A stretch of 64,000 bases of DNA from Malacoraja senta (taxonomy: Eukaryota): contig CM075991.1 in the NCBI GenBank assembly GCA_038087875.1, positions 13,022,001 to 13,086,000 of the forward strand. The letters are read 5' to 3'. Of the stretch, positions 39,650-53,089 are shown in pieces. Each line of letters starts with the position of its first letter. Position 1 is the first letter of the stretch. The notes beneath the pieces were generated by a model, which was given only the letters and a program-made list of their open reading frames with translations, searched no databases and was not told the origin of the DNA. Position numbers and translations under genes: made by a program.

Positions 39650-40082
39650 ATTGTGGACGCAGCCAGATCATCACTTAGACCAACCCCCCCTTCCAATGAC
39701 CATCTACACTTCACGCTGCCTTAGCAAGGCTAAACTCATCATCAAGGACCAATCTCACCTCGGCCACTCACTCTTCTCCTCTCTCCCATCGGGCAAGTGT
39801 GAAAACGCACACCTCCAGATTCAGGAACAGTTTCTTCCCAGCTGTTATCAGCAACTGAACCATCCTATCACCAACTAGAGAGCAGACCTGAGCAACCATA
39901 TACCTCACTGGAGACCCTCGGATTATATTTAATCGGACTTTACCTTGCACTAAATGTTATTCTATTTATCATGTATCTGTACACAATGGATATTGTAATC
40001 ATGTACAGTCTTTCCGCTGACTGGTTAGCACACAACAAAAGCTTTTCACTGTACCTCGGTACACGTGACAATAATAAACTAA
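39650..40082 (+). mobile_element. Rex1-type LINE 3' fragment
   Basis: IYTSRCLSKAKLIIKDQSHLGHSLFSSLPSG, 3' UTR ending ACAATAATAAACTAA. Confidence 0.7.
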
Positions 40083-40347
40083 CACATAACTGAGCCAGGA
40101 GGCTCCAAATGTGGAATGTGCAACATAATAAAATGACCTTTAAAATTCATAAAGAGATTACAAAAATAAAATACCTCCCGCCTCTCCCCCCCACCCCCCC
40201 CCCCCCCCCCCCCACCTCCCCATGTTGGTTCCTACCATTTTACCTCATATTTTCTTGACTATTTTCTTCATGTATTTGCTTACCGGAGTCAGATTTCCAC
40301 AGGTCACTCAATCCTTTTTTAACAATGTATTTTATATACGATTATTT

Positions 40348-40593
40348 TTATATTAATTTTCTATGCCTGCTCGGAATAATTTTCCTGTAGGTCCTTCGCT
40401 CTGATACATTTCTCTTCACCTTGACAACCGGTACCTGTTCTTGGTTGAGAGATGGACTGGAATATGATTTTTTTAAGTTGCATCCTTCTCCTTCCAAGGT
40501 GTTAAACAGCTGTGCTTCCAATTTGTCCAGATCATCAGTGCCTTCGTTCAGCTTAATTTTTAAAAGCTTCACATAAGTTTCAATTCGACACTT
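40348..40593 (-). CDS. PSD4: PSD4-like (EFA6B) terminal coding exon
   Basis: Acceptor tttgcag, then [11 protein letters not shown]...[10 protein letters not shown]...[24 protein letters not shown]. 246 bp, phase 0. Tail resembles mammalian PSD4 as recalled. Confidence 0.85.
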   Translation of the reverse strand, partial: KCRIETYVKLLKIKLNEGTDDLDKLEAQLFNTLEGEGCNLKKSYSSPSLNQEQVPVVKVKRNVSERRTYRKIIPSRHRKLI

Positions 40594-41343
40594 CTGCAAA
40601 AAGTAAATGGATTTGAAAATCATCAAGCGTAGTTTGGTGGAAAGGATCAAAGCACATTGTGCATCACAAGAGTAGCCAAAATACCGTGTACAGTTTCATT
40701 TCCACATTGGAGGATGGTTTGATAACGCTGAAGAGGGTGCAGAAAAGATTTGAGGATTCAAAAGCTTCCCGCTATTAGAAACTACCCCTAAAACTGCTCT
40801 TCCATTTTTCCCTATCGTATTCTCTCCATTTCTCTAGTCTTTCCTCTTTTCCTGAAGTTAAACACTCTAATATTAATTTCACAATTAATGCAAGTTGCTG
40901 TTAATCCTTTGCAGATTAACCAGATGAAGTAATTCTGATGTAAAATCCCCCACCTGTTTTTTACTCTCTCCTGATGCCACATGATCTGCTCAGTATTATC
41001 TTTCATTTCATGTTCCACCAATTGCTCGATTTGGCATCTCACAGTCGCCAACTGTTCTCATTCATCTCCCTCTATTTACAGTACTCAGCCCAGATCAGTA
41101 ATGATGAAACATCTCTCTCTCTCTCACGTTGAGAATTCAATGTTCATACTTTTAGTTTGTAAATGCATCTGCCATTTCTCTGCCCATATTTGTAACTGAT
41201 CTATATCCTGCTTATTCTTTGACAGCCTTCTTCAGTGTCCACGTCTCCACCAGGTTTTGTGTTGTCTGCAAGCTTACTACCCAACCAATCCGTCATTGTT
41301 ATGTATCACAAACCCAGCTCATACCCACATTTTAAAACCTTAC

Positions 41344-41487
41344 CTCATATTCAAAATATTCCTGCTTCATTTTGTACTCCTCAAACTCCTTTGCTTTGCT
41401 TTTCTTGTCTGGAACGTTCAGCTGATGATCATCAAGATCATCCAAAATTGACTGCAACATGGAGTCATGAGATTCAAGCTGTGCCTC
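41344..41487 (-). CDS. PSD4: PSD4-like exon (coiled-coil region)
   Basis: AG/GT-bounded 144 bp: EAQLESHDSMLQSILDDLDDHQLNVPDKKSKAKEFEEYKMKQEYFEYE. Confidence 0.88.
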
Positions 41488-41529
41488 CTGAAACAAAGCA
41501 TGAAGTTCATTGATGAGACAAGTGGGTGC

Positions 41530-41845
41530 CTCGGGATACAGGGAGGATGACTAGGGTGGGGGCAGGAGGGGGGAGAGAGGGAATGCAGGGCTTATTTGAA
41601 ATTAGGGAAATCAATGTTCATACTGCTGGGCTGTAAGTAGCCCAAGCGAAATATGAGATGTTCCTCCAATTTGTGTGTGTCCTGACTGTGGCAGTGGAGA
41701 AAGCCCAGGACAGAAAGCTCAGTATGGGAATGTTTGGCAACTGGGAGATTGCTTGGGCCAGGGCGGACTGAGTTGTAAGTGTTCAGCCAATCGATCGCCC
41801 AGTCTAAGCTTGGTCTCTCTGAAATAAAGGAGCCCATTCTACGGG
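41530..41845 (-). mobile_element. Penelope-like element remnant (C-terminus of GIY-YIG endonuclease plus 3' UTR)
   Basis: LPVAKH...LSVLGFLHC...KLEEHLIFRLGYLQPSSMNIDF* resembles the Penelope endonuclease C-terminus. C-rich UTR follows. Confidence 0.7.
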
Positions 41846-41899
41846 CAAGGTAGATGAGGATACTGTCAACTTTCGGAGTGCTTTGTCATCTTTAATTGT

Positions 41900-42282
41900 A
41901 TTAGTTTAGTTTATTTTATTGTCACGTGTACCAAAGTACAGTGAAAAGCTTTTTGTTGCATGCTAAGTAGTCAGTGGACTCTACATGACCACAATTGAGC
42001 CATCTGCAGGGAATAATGCTTAGTGCAAGATAACATCCAGTAAAGTACGATTAAAGATAGTCCAAGGGTCTTCAATGAGGTAGATAACAGCTCAGGACCA
42101 CTCTCTAGTTGGTGAGAGGACAGTTCAGTTGCTTGATAACAGCTGGGAAGAAACTGTCCCTGAATCTGGAGGTGTGCGTTTTCATACTTCTGTACCTCTT
42201 GCCTGAGGGGAGAGGGGAGAAGAGAGCGTGACCAGGGTGAGACTGGTCCTTGATTATGCTGCTGGCCTTGCCAAGGCAGCTT
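41900..42282 (-). mobile_element. Rex1-type LINE 3' fragment
   Basis: CLGKASSIIKDQSHPGHALFSPLPSGKRYRSMKTHTSRFRDSFFP. Same family as 39650-40082, opposite strand. Confidence 0.75.
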
Positions 42283-42337
42283 ATTATAAGTAGTAAAACT
42301 GATGTTGTAGAGATTTCTGACTTCTGTGTGATCCCAG

Positions 42338-42607
42338 TATCGGTAATCCTTGTGTTGTGAGCGTTCAGGTAGCGAAAATTCACCCTTACAGAATTCACTA
42401 ATCCCTACTTAAAATGAGATCTCGAGTAAAACTCAGATTCCTACAGAATTTATTTGATAAAAAGTAAATAAATAAATACCAAATTTATTTTATTCAGCTT
42501 GCATTTCTCGATGCACATGCCGAAGACGTGACTTTGCGTTGTGGAAATTCACGATACAAACCATTTTCTATTAACGTAACCCATCCATAATGCGGGGGTC
42601 ACCTGTA
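42338..42607. mobile_element. Possible degraded pogo/Tigger-type MITE
   Basis: Imperfect inverted termini TATCGGTAATCCTTG and rc TACAGGTGACCCCCG, each starting with TA. Confidence 0.3.
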
Positions 42608-42739
42608 AACGAGCTAACCCGTACAATAGGTTTGCTGAAGATTGCTTCAGCTCCACTCACAAAGCATCAACAAGAATGAAGCAAAATTATGGAAGAAGAA
42701 TTTTGTAAACTAGTGATCCTAACTCAGCAATGTCAGAAG

Positions 42740-42960
42740 CTGAAACATTTTTACTACCTGTGTTTGAAGAATAAATATCGGCCAGAATATTGGGGATATC
42801 TCCCCAAATATTCTCAAAAGTGCTGTTGGATCTTTTAACATCCTCCTGTCGGATTTTAATGTCTCAGTACCATGATGGTCCCCGATAGTGACACTGGGTG
42901 CGTGATCTCCTTCATTTACACAAGCTTATGATTCAGAGTTGAGAGTCTGCCTGGCTCTGG
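42740..42960 (-). mobile_element. Ancient Deu-domain SINE, degraded
   Basis: Reverse complement reads GAGACATTAAA...GATGTTAAAAGATCCAACAGCAC...CTGGCCGATATTTATTCTTCA. Confidence 0.45.
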
Positions 42961-43340
42961 AGCCAGAAACAGGAAGACAACTAAACAAAGAACGGAAGAG
43001 GGCGATCTGTAGTGACCAAGAGCAATGCAATGTGTCAAAAGCATACACATAAAAAATAATCTAACCTAAAGGAAGAAATAATTGAGGGTCAAAGATATAC
43101 CTATTAATAGCAAGCATCTTGTAATGGACGATAAAAAACAGTGGGAACGGTGACATTTTACAGAGAGATATCCTCTAGAAGGGAAAGTTGACATGTTTGT
43201 ACCCGACCAATGTTACCCAATTGACCAGTTATTACCAGATCTCAGTGGATTTCATAGCTACTACTATTGTTTTGGAAGGAGATATTTTGGTAGAAATAAC
43301 ACAGTCGAACTAAAATATGTTAATGCACACAGGATTGTAC

Positions 43341-43485
43341 CTCTTTCTGTTTAGAGACAGTGGCTGGGTATATTGGTCGACTAAACTTCCTCTTTGAACC
43401 AATAGCTGCTGGGAATGGAGGTGAAGAAAACATGGCAGCCACGAGATTGATCCGGGTGATCCATGAGTTCATCTGTTCCGCACTT
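43341..43485 (-). CDS. PSD4: PSD4-like exon (end of PH domain)
   Basis: 145 bp, [52 protein letters not shown]. Confidence 0.92.
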
Positions 43486-46233
43486 CTGTTGGAGTTAAAA
43501 AGCAGCATTATTGATGTACTTTGAGGAACTGAAGTCTGATTACTTTCAAATTATTTTTGCCTTGCTGATTGGTTGGGGAGCAAGCACTAAGTGAGAGGAT
43601 CGAACAAAACGAAAACTGGTGCAATTACTTTATTCAGGAAGTCCACAAAGGGGCAGAGATAAGGTAGCAGGACATGTTATTTTTCTCAGTTTAAGGAAGT
43701 CTGGATTGGCTGGGTTTGTTTTCCTTGGAGAGGAGAAGACCAATGGGGACTGATGAAGAGGTACAAACATGAGGGGCATAGTGGGGTGGACAGTCGTGAA
43801 CTTTTTGCCATATGTGGTGCAACGAGAAAGACACAGATTTAAGGTAAAGAGGAGGTCAAATTAAGCCATTTTTTCACCCGGGGGCATAATTCTTGGCACA
43901 TTTAAAACTGAGATGAAGAGAAAGTTATTATTTCCAGATGAGGTAACTCTCCACCCTAGAGGCCCTTGGAGACCCAGTCGTCGAGCAGATTGAAGGTAGG
44001 TTGTTAAATGTTTTGGGCACGGAATCAGAGGATGTGGAGATGAGGAAGGTGAACCTGATGTAGTGGAACAGTCATGCTCTTCCTGAATGACGGAGACTCA
44101 AGCATTAGATTTGAAGCTTTTGGCATTGTTACAGAGCTCTAGGGGGCATCTGGTGGATGTGTGAATATGGCAACATAGTGCTTAATATACCAGATTAGCA
44201 TCCAGAGTTCTAGACGCTGATTTTGAGACATAGAAATATGAATCTCACCGTGTCATAGAACGTAAAACATTCGTCAGCTGGGAAATTTAAATTCAAGCAA
44301 TTAACTTAGCCAGCAATATAAAAACTAATCCCAATTAAGAACTGTGATTCTGTTTACAGTAGAATATTTTTACTGTCACCAATTTGTCATAAAATCCCAT
44401 CTTGTTCACAAATGTCTGCAGGGTAGGAATTCTGTTGTCCTTACTTGACTGTGACTCCACATTAACAAATATGCTTGCCCTAAACCACCTTCTTAGTGCA
44501 GACTGAAAGAAGGCATTGGGCATTGTTAGTGACATTAACTTCCTGTAAGTGATAAAAATGTTTGTCATGGTACTCTTGTCATGATTCGTGGTTTCTGATA
44601 AAAGATCATTGACATGAAAGGGAGTATTTCCAGCATTCCATATTTTTACTTCAGATTTCCAGGCATTTGCAGGCTTAATGGATTACGTTTCTTTTCTTGC
44701 TAGCAGTTTTTTTGCATGTGTGAGATTCTAGTATCCAAATGAATAATACATTTAGAGGCACAAGGAACTGCAGATGCTGAAATCGTGAGCAAAACATGGG
44801 AGGTACTGGAGGAATCTGCGGGTCAGAATCTGTGATGGGAACAGAGGTGAGGTTTCGAGTTGTCACCCTTCTTCAGTTTTGTTTTTTTGAATACTTACAA
44901 AGTTTCATCATATAGCTTCAGAGGGCATCTTCTTATCGAGTCCACACACAAGCTTAGAAGTTGTTCAGCCAGAGCTGAACACACTTCTCTACATCCGCAT
45001 ACTGTGGTGTCTGTCTTATCGCTTCTTGTGCTTCTTGTGCGTGGTGGTGGAAAGATTGGTGGAAACAGGGCCGCGACGTGAACGTTCTTTCCTTGACCCC
45101 TCAGAGGGCATAATTCAAACTAAAGACACCACACCTTGAAACAGTGACATTCCCATACTTTAATTTTATGTCATTACTTCAAGTGTTGGCAATTATATTG
45201 GGTTTATTTATGGAAAGTTTATAGATTCCAGAAAAAATCATACAACGAAGAACTGACACTGGTGGAAGAAAGATTATCAGTAGTGAAAGCTGGTCGGACA
45301 GCTGGTGCTGCAGAATATGGCCAAGAATGTTCAGTGCCCTTTCCCAGTCCAATAGGGCATTCCCTGTACAGGAAGAACAACAAAGGCATTGTGGCAAGGA
45401 GCCACTTGATTTTACAATGGGGAAAGCTGCTCTGGACACTGACAAGCACCAACACCTACTTTTACTTTGCTATCTTCATATCAGCAAAAGAATAATGACA
45501 CGCATTGCTGCTATTCATGTGCTTAATGTGACTCAAGATTAATGATCTGCTTCATCTATTCAGTGTAACTCATAACAGCAACAATCTCTATTTGCTACTT
45601 CCTTTCTACAGGGATGAACTAAGCATCTCCAAAACAGACATGTTCAGACTGTAGAATAAAGCAAATGACCCACCAATCTATTGAAGCCATTAACCTCTCC
45701 TTGTATTGATATTTAAAAGAAATTTGACAAGCCATGACTAGAAAGCTTCTGAATCACTGTAAATTATATTGTAATTAGAATGACATGAACTAGACAATGG
45801 AATGAAGGTTTCTACATTATGACTGTATGGTGAGGCTGCTGCCATGTTTGTCCTCGTGACAGTGTGGGTTCCCCCAGGCTCCAGTTTCCTCTCACACGTG
45901 GTAGGTTAATCACCTCTAGTCTTTAAGTGAGTGGTATAATCTGGGAAGAGTTAATGGGAATATGGGGAGAATGGGGAACAGGACAGAATAAACCAGGCAA
46001 TAGGATTGCTCTGTGAGCCAGCAAAGATGGGAAAACATCAATTACTGAAAACTTAAATTGCTCAACTATTAATCTGCAATTTAATTCACCTTGTACATTT
46101 AGTCTTGCTGGGGTTCATCCCCCCTGGTAATTAATAACAAATAAGAGGTCAGCAAGGTGTTCTGTAGGAGGAGCACTGTTGGTACTATTTGTCATTCTAA
46201 GTTTTTGTTACAGTAAAGCTTAGATGATACTTA

Positions 46234-46380
<147 letters not shown>

Positions 46381-46444
46381 CTAGGAAGAGTAATGACATA
46401 TTACATTTCATTGCTTCTTGAATGACTAGCTGGTTATTTTGACT

Positions 46445-46730
46445 TTAAAGATACAGCCTGGAAACAGGCCCTTCGGCTCTTTGAGTCCACACCCACCAGC
46501 GTACACTAGCATTTTCCTACACACTGGAGAAAATTTACAATTTACAGAAGCCAAATAACCAACAAACCTGAAAGTCTTTGGAGTGTGGAAGGAAACTGGA
46601 GCACTTGGAGAAAACCCATGCAGTCACAGGGAATACGTAAAACTCTGTACACACAGCACCCGTAGTCAGCATCGACCCCGGTCTCTGACGCTGTAAGGCA
46701 GCAACTCTACTGCTGCGCCACCGTGTGGCC
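46445..46730 (-). mobile_element. HE1-like tRNA-derived SINE
   Basis: Minus strand GGCCACACGGTGGCGCAGCAGTAGAG (A box), GGGTCGATGC (B-box-like), V-domain and CR1 tail. Confidence 0.85.
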
Positions 46731-46819
46731 CTTTCCCTTTGCCAGATGATGGTACTGGGATAGGGATGAGAGCACCTTGTCAACAGAACAAAGTAGATGC
46801 AAATTGTACCTAATGACTC

Positions 46820-47275
46820 AGAGGCATGTTACCTGAACTTATAGGTGTGAGTTATAGCAAGAGGCTGAATAGGCTGGTATCTTTTTGCCAGCTGGTGCAT
46901 AAAAGGCTGAGGGATGACCTTGTTGAGGTGTACAAGATCATAATGGGCATGGATCAAGTAAATGCTCAAGGTCCTTTTCCCACTGCAGAGGATTTTAAGC
47001 ATAGGCTTAAGATGAGAGGGATGAGATTTAAGAGGGACCTCGGGCAACTTTTTCACTCAGTGGGTAGTTCATATCTGGAATGAGCTGCCAGAGAAAGCTA
47101 TAGAAATGGAAACATTTATGACTTTCAAAATACATTTAGACAGCTATATTGAAAGGAAGGGTTTTGAGAAATCAAACCAAATGTGGGCAAATGGGACTAA
47201 CCCAGAATGGCAATTCGACTGGCATGGACAAAGTGTGCTGAAGGGCCTGTTTCCATGTTATATAGCTCTATGACT
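46820..47275 (+). mobile_element. Degraded CR1 3' end
   Basis: KRLRDDLVEVYKIIMG and a CR1 3' UTR. Confidence 0.75.
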
Positions 47276-47410
47276 TTAAACCCCTTGGATCAAGTATGGT
47301 TGAAAATAACATTATTTAGTCTACCGTTTTTAAATGTTCATTCTCATTTATTATTGATTAGTTTAAGTACACTACAAAATGGTGTTAGTGAGTGTGATGC
47401 GTAAGATCTA

Positions 47411-47492
47411 TGTCTGCCGAAACGTCACTGATTCCTTCTCTCCTGAGATGCTGTCTGACCCGCTAAGTTACTCCACCATTTTGTGTCTATCT
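47411..47492 (+). mobile_element. Penelope-derived short repeat (stem II deleted), target of an L1-like insertion
   Basis: GTCTGCCGAAACGTCAC...GTGTCTATCTT. Confidence 0.7.
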
Positions 47493-47494
47493 TT

Positions 47495-50400
47495 TTTTTA
47501 TTTTTTTATTTTTTAATTTTATTTATTAGAAGTAAGTACGTTACATTTTGATGGTACCTTTTTACAGGTTCCCAGAATTATTAAAACATTCTATGTACAA
47601 CTTCCTTTTATTTTTATTTTTTAGAAAGAAATGAGAAAGAAAGAAGTAGTGAAGAGTAAAGAAAAGTCTAGTGAGTGTGAAGTAAAGAAAAGAAATAAGT
47701 AAGAAAGTGAAGCAGAAAGGAGATTCTCCCTCGCCACAAGTCGATGCTTTTTTATGTTCTTAATCATTTTTCGCCCAAACCCAGAATTTTTTAATTTTAC
47801 AATACTATTGCACCACATGAATCCACAAGGTCAATACATAGATACATAGAAAATAGGTGCAGCAGTAGGCCATTCGGCCCTTCGAGCCTGCACCGCCATT
47901 CAATATGATCATGGCTGATCATCCAACTCAGTATCCCGTACCTGCCTTCTCTCCATACCCCCTGATCCCTTTAGCCACAAGGGCCACATCTAACTCCCTC
48001 TTAAATATAGCCAATGAACTGGCCTCAACTACCCTCTGTGGCCGAGAGTTCCAGAGATTCACCACTCCCTGTGTGAAAACATTTTTTCTCATCTCGGTCT
48101 TAAAGGATTTCCCCCTTATCCTTAAGCTGTGACCCCTTGTCCTGGACTTCCCCAACATTGGGAACAATCTTCCTGCATCTAGCCTGTCCAACCCCATAAG
48201 AATTTTGTAAGTTTCTATAAGATCCCCTCTCAATCTCCTAAATTCTAGCGAGTATAAGCCGAGTCTATCCAGTCTTTCTTCATATGAAAGTCCTGATATC
48301 CTAGGAATCAGTCTTGTGAACCTTCTCTGCACTCCCTCTATGGCTATAATGTCCTTCCTCAGATTTGGAGACCAAAACTGTACGCAATACTCCAGGTGTG
48401 GTCTCACCAAGACCCTGTATAACTGCAGTAGAACCTCCCTGCTCCAATACTCAAATCCTTTTGCTATGAAAGCTAACATACCATTCGCTTTCTTCACTGC
48501 CTGCTGCACCTGCATGCCTACTTTCGATGACTGGTGTACCATGACACCCATGTCTCGCTGCATCTCCCCTTTTCCTAATCGGCCACCATTTAGATAATAG
48601 TCTGCTTTCCTGTTTTTGCCACCAAAGTGGATAACCTCACATTTATCCACATTATACTGCTTCTGCCAAACATTTGCCCACTCACCCAGCCTATCCAAGT
48701 CACCTTGCAGTCTCCTAGCATCCTCCTCACAGCTAACACTGCCCCCCAGCTTAGTGTCATCCGCAAACTTGGAGATGTTGCCTTCAATTACCTCATCCAG
48801 TTCATTAATATAAATTGTAAATAGCTGGGGTCCCAGCACTGAGCCTTGCGGTACCCCACTAGTCACTGCCTGCCATTGTGAAAAGGACCCGTTTACTCCT
48901 ACTCTTTGCTTCCTGTTTGCCAGCCAGTTCTCTATCCACATCAATACTGAACCCCCAATACCGTGTGCTTTAAGTTTGTATATTAATCTCTTATGTCGGA
49001 CCCTGTCGAAAGCCTTCTGAAAGTCCAGATACAACACATCCACTGGTTCTCCCCTATCCACTCTACTAGTTACATCCTCGAAAAATTCTATAAGATTCGT
49101 CAGACATGATTTACCTTTCGTAAATCCATGCTGACTTTGTCCAATGATTTCACCACTTTCCAAATGTGCTGCTATCCCATCTTTAATAACTGACTCTAGC
49201 AGTTTCCCCACTACCGATGTTAGACTAACTGGTCTGTAATTCCCCGTTTTCTCTCTCCCTCCCTTCTTAAAAAGTGGGGTTACGTTTGCTACCCTCCAAT
49301 CCTCAGGAACTACTCCAGAATCTAAAGAGTTTTGAAAAATTATCACTAATGCATCCACTATTTCTGGAGCTACTTCCTTAAGTACTCTGGGATGCAGCCT
49401 ATCTGGCCCTGGTGATTTATCGGCCTTTAATCCATTCAATTTACCTAACACCACTTCCCGACTAACCTGGATTTCACTCAGTTCCTCCATCTCCTTTGAC
49501 CCGCAGTCCCCTGCTATTTCCGGCAGATTATTTATGTCTTCCTTAGTGAAGACGGAACCAAAGTAGTTATTCAATTGGTCCGCCATATCCTTGTTCCCCA
49601 TGATCAATTCACCTGTTTCTGACTGCAAGGGACCTACATTTGTTTTAACTAATCTCTTTCTCTTCACATATCTATAAAAACTTTTGCAGTCAGTTTTTAT
49701 GTTCCCTGCCAGTTTTCTTTCATAATCTATTTTCCCTTTCCTAATTAAACCCTTTGTCCTCCTCTGCTGATCTCTGAATTTCTCCCAGTCCTCTGGTATG
49801 CTGCTTTTTCTGGCTAATTTGTACGCATCATCTTTTACTTTGATACTATCCCTGATTTCCCTTGTTATCCACGGATGCACTACCTTCCCTGATTTATTCT
49901 TTTGCCAAACTGGGATGAACAATTTTTGTAGTTCATCCATGCAGTCTTTAAATGCCTTCCATTGCATATCCACCGTCAACCCTTTTAGAACTAATTGCCA
50001 GTCAATCTTGGCCAATTCACGTCTCATACCCTCAAAGTTACCTTTCTTTAAGTTCAGAACCATTGTTTCTGAATTAACAATGTCACTCTCCATCCTAATG
50101 AAGAACTCAACCATATTATGGTCACTCTTGCCCAAGGGGGCACGCAAAACAATACTGCTAACTAACCCTTCCTCATTACTCAATACCCAGTCTAGAATAG
50201 CCTGCTCTCTCGTTGGTTCCTCTACATGTTGGTTTAGATAACTATCCCGCATACATTCCAAGAAATCCTCTTCCTCAGCACCCCTGCCAATTTGATTCAC
50301 CCAATCTCAATGTAGATTGAAGTCACCCATTATAATAAATGGAGACTCGTTAAGAATTGGTCTTGTTTATCTATTAGGAGGAGTCTCATTTCTTCCAAGT

Positions 50401-50792
50401 GGGCAGTTTCCAACATATTACCAATCCACATTTTGAGCGTTGGTATAGTAGCATTTTTCCAAAATTTAAGTATGAGTTTTTTTGCTGTTATTAAACCATA
50501 ATTAAAAAATGAAATTTGGGATATTTTTAATTTGTTTCCATCTCCTATTACTCCGAAGATAATCATTTCCATATTAGGTTCCATTTTTATCTTAAATAAA
50601 CTAGTAAATATATCAAATATATCACACCAAAATCCATGAAGTTTTGTGCAAGAAACGAAAGAATGTGTGATATTGGCATTTTGAGAAAGACATTTATCAC
50701 AGATGGGAGAAATATTTGAATAAAATTTATTCAACCTAACTTTTAAATAATATAATCTATGTAATATTTTAAATTGAATTAAATTATGTCTA
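47495..50792 (-). mobile_element. L1/Tx1-like LINE 3' fragment (zinc-knuckle region, UTR, A-rich tail), split by a CR1
   Basis: 50335-50792 encodes LIQFKILHRLY, CDKC...HSFVSC, AKKLILKFWK. It resumes at ~47833 (IDLVDSCGAIVL*) with AATAAA and an A-rich tail. GTCTATCTTT is duplicated at 47485-47494 and 50793-50802. Confidence 0.75.
47836..50334 (-). mobile_element. CR1 LINE, ~2.5 kb, 5'-truncated in the endonuclease, with a long uninterrupted ORF2 segment
   Basis: 790-aa ORF 47928-50300: GKSDHN, KSPGPD, NYRPVSLTS, LDFQKAFD, GVPQGSVLGP, KFADD. 3' UTR with a CTATGTAT-type tail. Confidence 0.95.
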
Positions 50793-52166
50793 GTCTATCT
50801 TTAATTAACCTTGGGTCAAGTCAGAAAATCATACCGGCCCATATTCAATTCTCAAATATTACCTGTACAATAGAACATTTTTTTAAATAACAATAGTGGT
50901 GAAGTTTATAGATCTGTGAGCTCCTCCTAATGATCGAACTGTAGGTTGAAAGGATTTGCAGTTATAATATAGTTTTTCTTCACTCTTTATCTGTTGGTAC
51001 CTAAAAGACACTAGGTGGTGCTCATCGAACGCTACAATTCTGAGAGCTGTCTATTTCACATCAGGCAGCAAAATGTGGACATGTTTAGTTAAGACCACTG
51101 GAGACCATACAGATTTTGACCATACAGATTACTCCTCCTTTCTCTTTACATCCCTTCAAGGTTTTAGAGTTACTGTGATGTCATCCATTGACTTTAAATC
51201 AGATGCAAACTTTTCTGTCAAGTAGTACTCAGGCCTCAGTTAAAACTGTATCAAAGCCATTATTTGTAGGAGGATCCAAATTAACATAAATCTTCAGGTC
51301 TTATTTCAGGCGGTTGCACCAGCTGTCTACAAAAACCCCGAATAACACTTGAAATGGTCACACTCTGAGCTGGCAAGTAGCTGGCTTGCTTTTAATTGCC
51401 CACCAGCAGCTTGGCAGCGTTAAAGTTAACATTTATAGACAAGTATTTATTTTCATCTTTGCTGTACATGGTCTTATACACAGTGGGATATCGTTATTAG
51501 ATCGCTTCATGAGAATTACAGCCACAACAGTTAACAGTTTGGCTTACCTAGTATCAGAGTTTCTGACGCTCCCAAACTAATTTGTTCCTGTTGATTGGGA
51601 TTTATTTTATTGAATAGATGGAACAAATTACTTTCTTAGATTAAGGTATTTTAGGGGATGATTGATTCTATCCATATAGATTTGTAGAAAGAAAACTAGC
51701 AGAGAGCAGCATTATTTGAGCACCATTACTCCATGTTGATATATTTATTTTTCTCTTGCATGAGATTTGTCATCACAACTGGCCAGAGAATGAACACTAA
51801 ATTTGAATGGCTAGAACCTAGATATGATCAATATGATTTGGATCATTCATATCAAACAATTCAAATATACCAACAACTTGCAATTGAATTTTGTATTTAA
51901 TCTATGTTTTTGGATTGATTTATAAGAGTCGCTTACTCCTTGCAAAAGATAGACACGACTTCTCTTTTCCTTACTTTAAGTGCAGATTTTAACAATTACG
52001 GCAAGAAGGAGCAGGAGAAGATAAAGAGTTTTACGGATGAAACTAAGAAGGAATGTTACGAGCAAATGTGGTGATTTGAACATATTTAAAATACAGAAAA
52101 GCGGAGTATTAATGAAATGCAGAAAGGCTGTTTGGGAGATGCTCAAGGCCAGATTTGTGAGTTTAC

Positions 52167-52237
52167 CTTCAGCAGATAGATGATTGTTCCCTTTAACACA
52201 GCGTAAAAGGTTTTCCAGCTTCTCTTTCCCCATGGTG
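52167..52237 (-). CDS. PSD4: PSD4-like exon (PH domain)
   Basis: 71 bp, AG/GT: (T)[23 protein letters not shown]. Confidence 0.92.
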
Positions 52238-53089
52238 CTATGGAACATAGGAAAGCAAGAATTAGAAATAGCTACTGCACTGGAACAAATGTTACTGCAC
52301 TAGAAATTGCATAGGATCTAAAAAAGGCATGTTAAAATGGTGCTGCTCTCTAGCACACTAGTTTTACAGAGGCCCTGTGGAATACAAGGCAAGGCTCAGC
52401 CTTTGGGCACAGAAAGGCATTACTTCAGCTACCCCTGCCATAGTTGCATTAGTGGCAGAATTCAGTTGGGTGTGGGGATGCATGATCAGGTCATTAGTGA
52501 TGAGACAAAAGACAATAGCTGCTGGAGTAGGCCATTCGGCCCTTCGAGTCAGCACCACCATTCAATGTGATCATGGCTGATCATCCATGAGAATGGGTAA
52601 GGAATTCTAAATATGAAAAGTCCTTTTTAACACCACCTTCATATCTCCATCAGAAAACTGTTCCACAACCCCTCTCATACGCTGCTGTGTCACAATTGCC
52701 TTTGACTAACTTTGTGCAAGCAATCATTCTCTGACTACAAGCTCCCTGAGATCAAGTTGTCACTGTGCATGCAACCACCCATTAACCCACATCCTTCCTC
52801 TATAACTTGTAGACTCTTAATGTTGCCATGGCAAGGTCTTGGAGAACTCAGAGGTAAATTAGTTTGGCCATCTGCAACTATAGTTCCCAAATTGTTATTA
52901 AAAGTAACTGTTGATTGCTAATATTTCTGCAGACAGCACAGTGGCAACTAATTATGTAGGTCCTGGGATGTTTAAATTATGATAGTAATTTGATCCAACT
53001 CAAGAGGTTGATCAAAATAACCCATAAGTGCTGGAATAACCCAGCGGGTCAGGCAGCATCTCTGGAAAAGATTGACAGATGATGTTTTG

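Noticed and set aside
46660..46730. tRNA gene
   Set aside because: The A/B boxes belong to an HE1-type SINE head, followed by the V-domain and CR1 tail.
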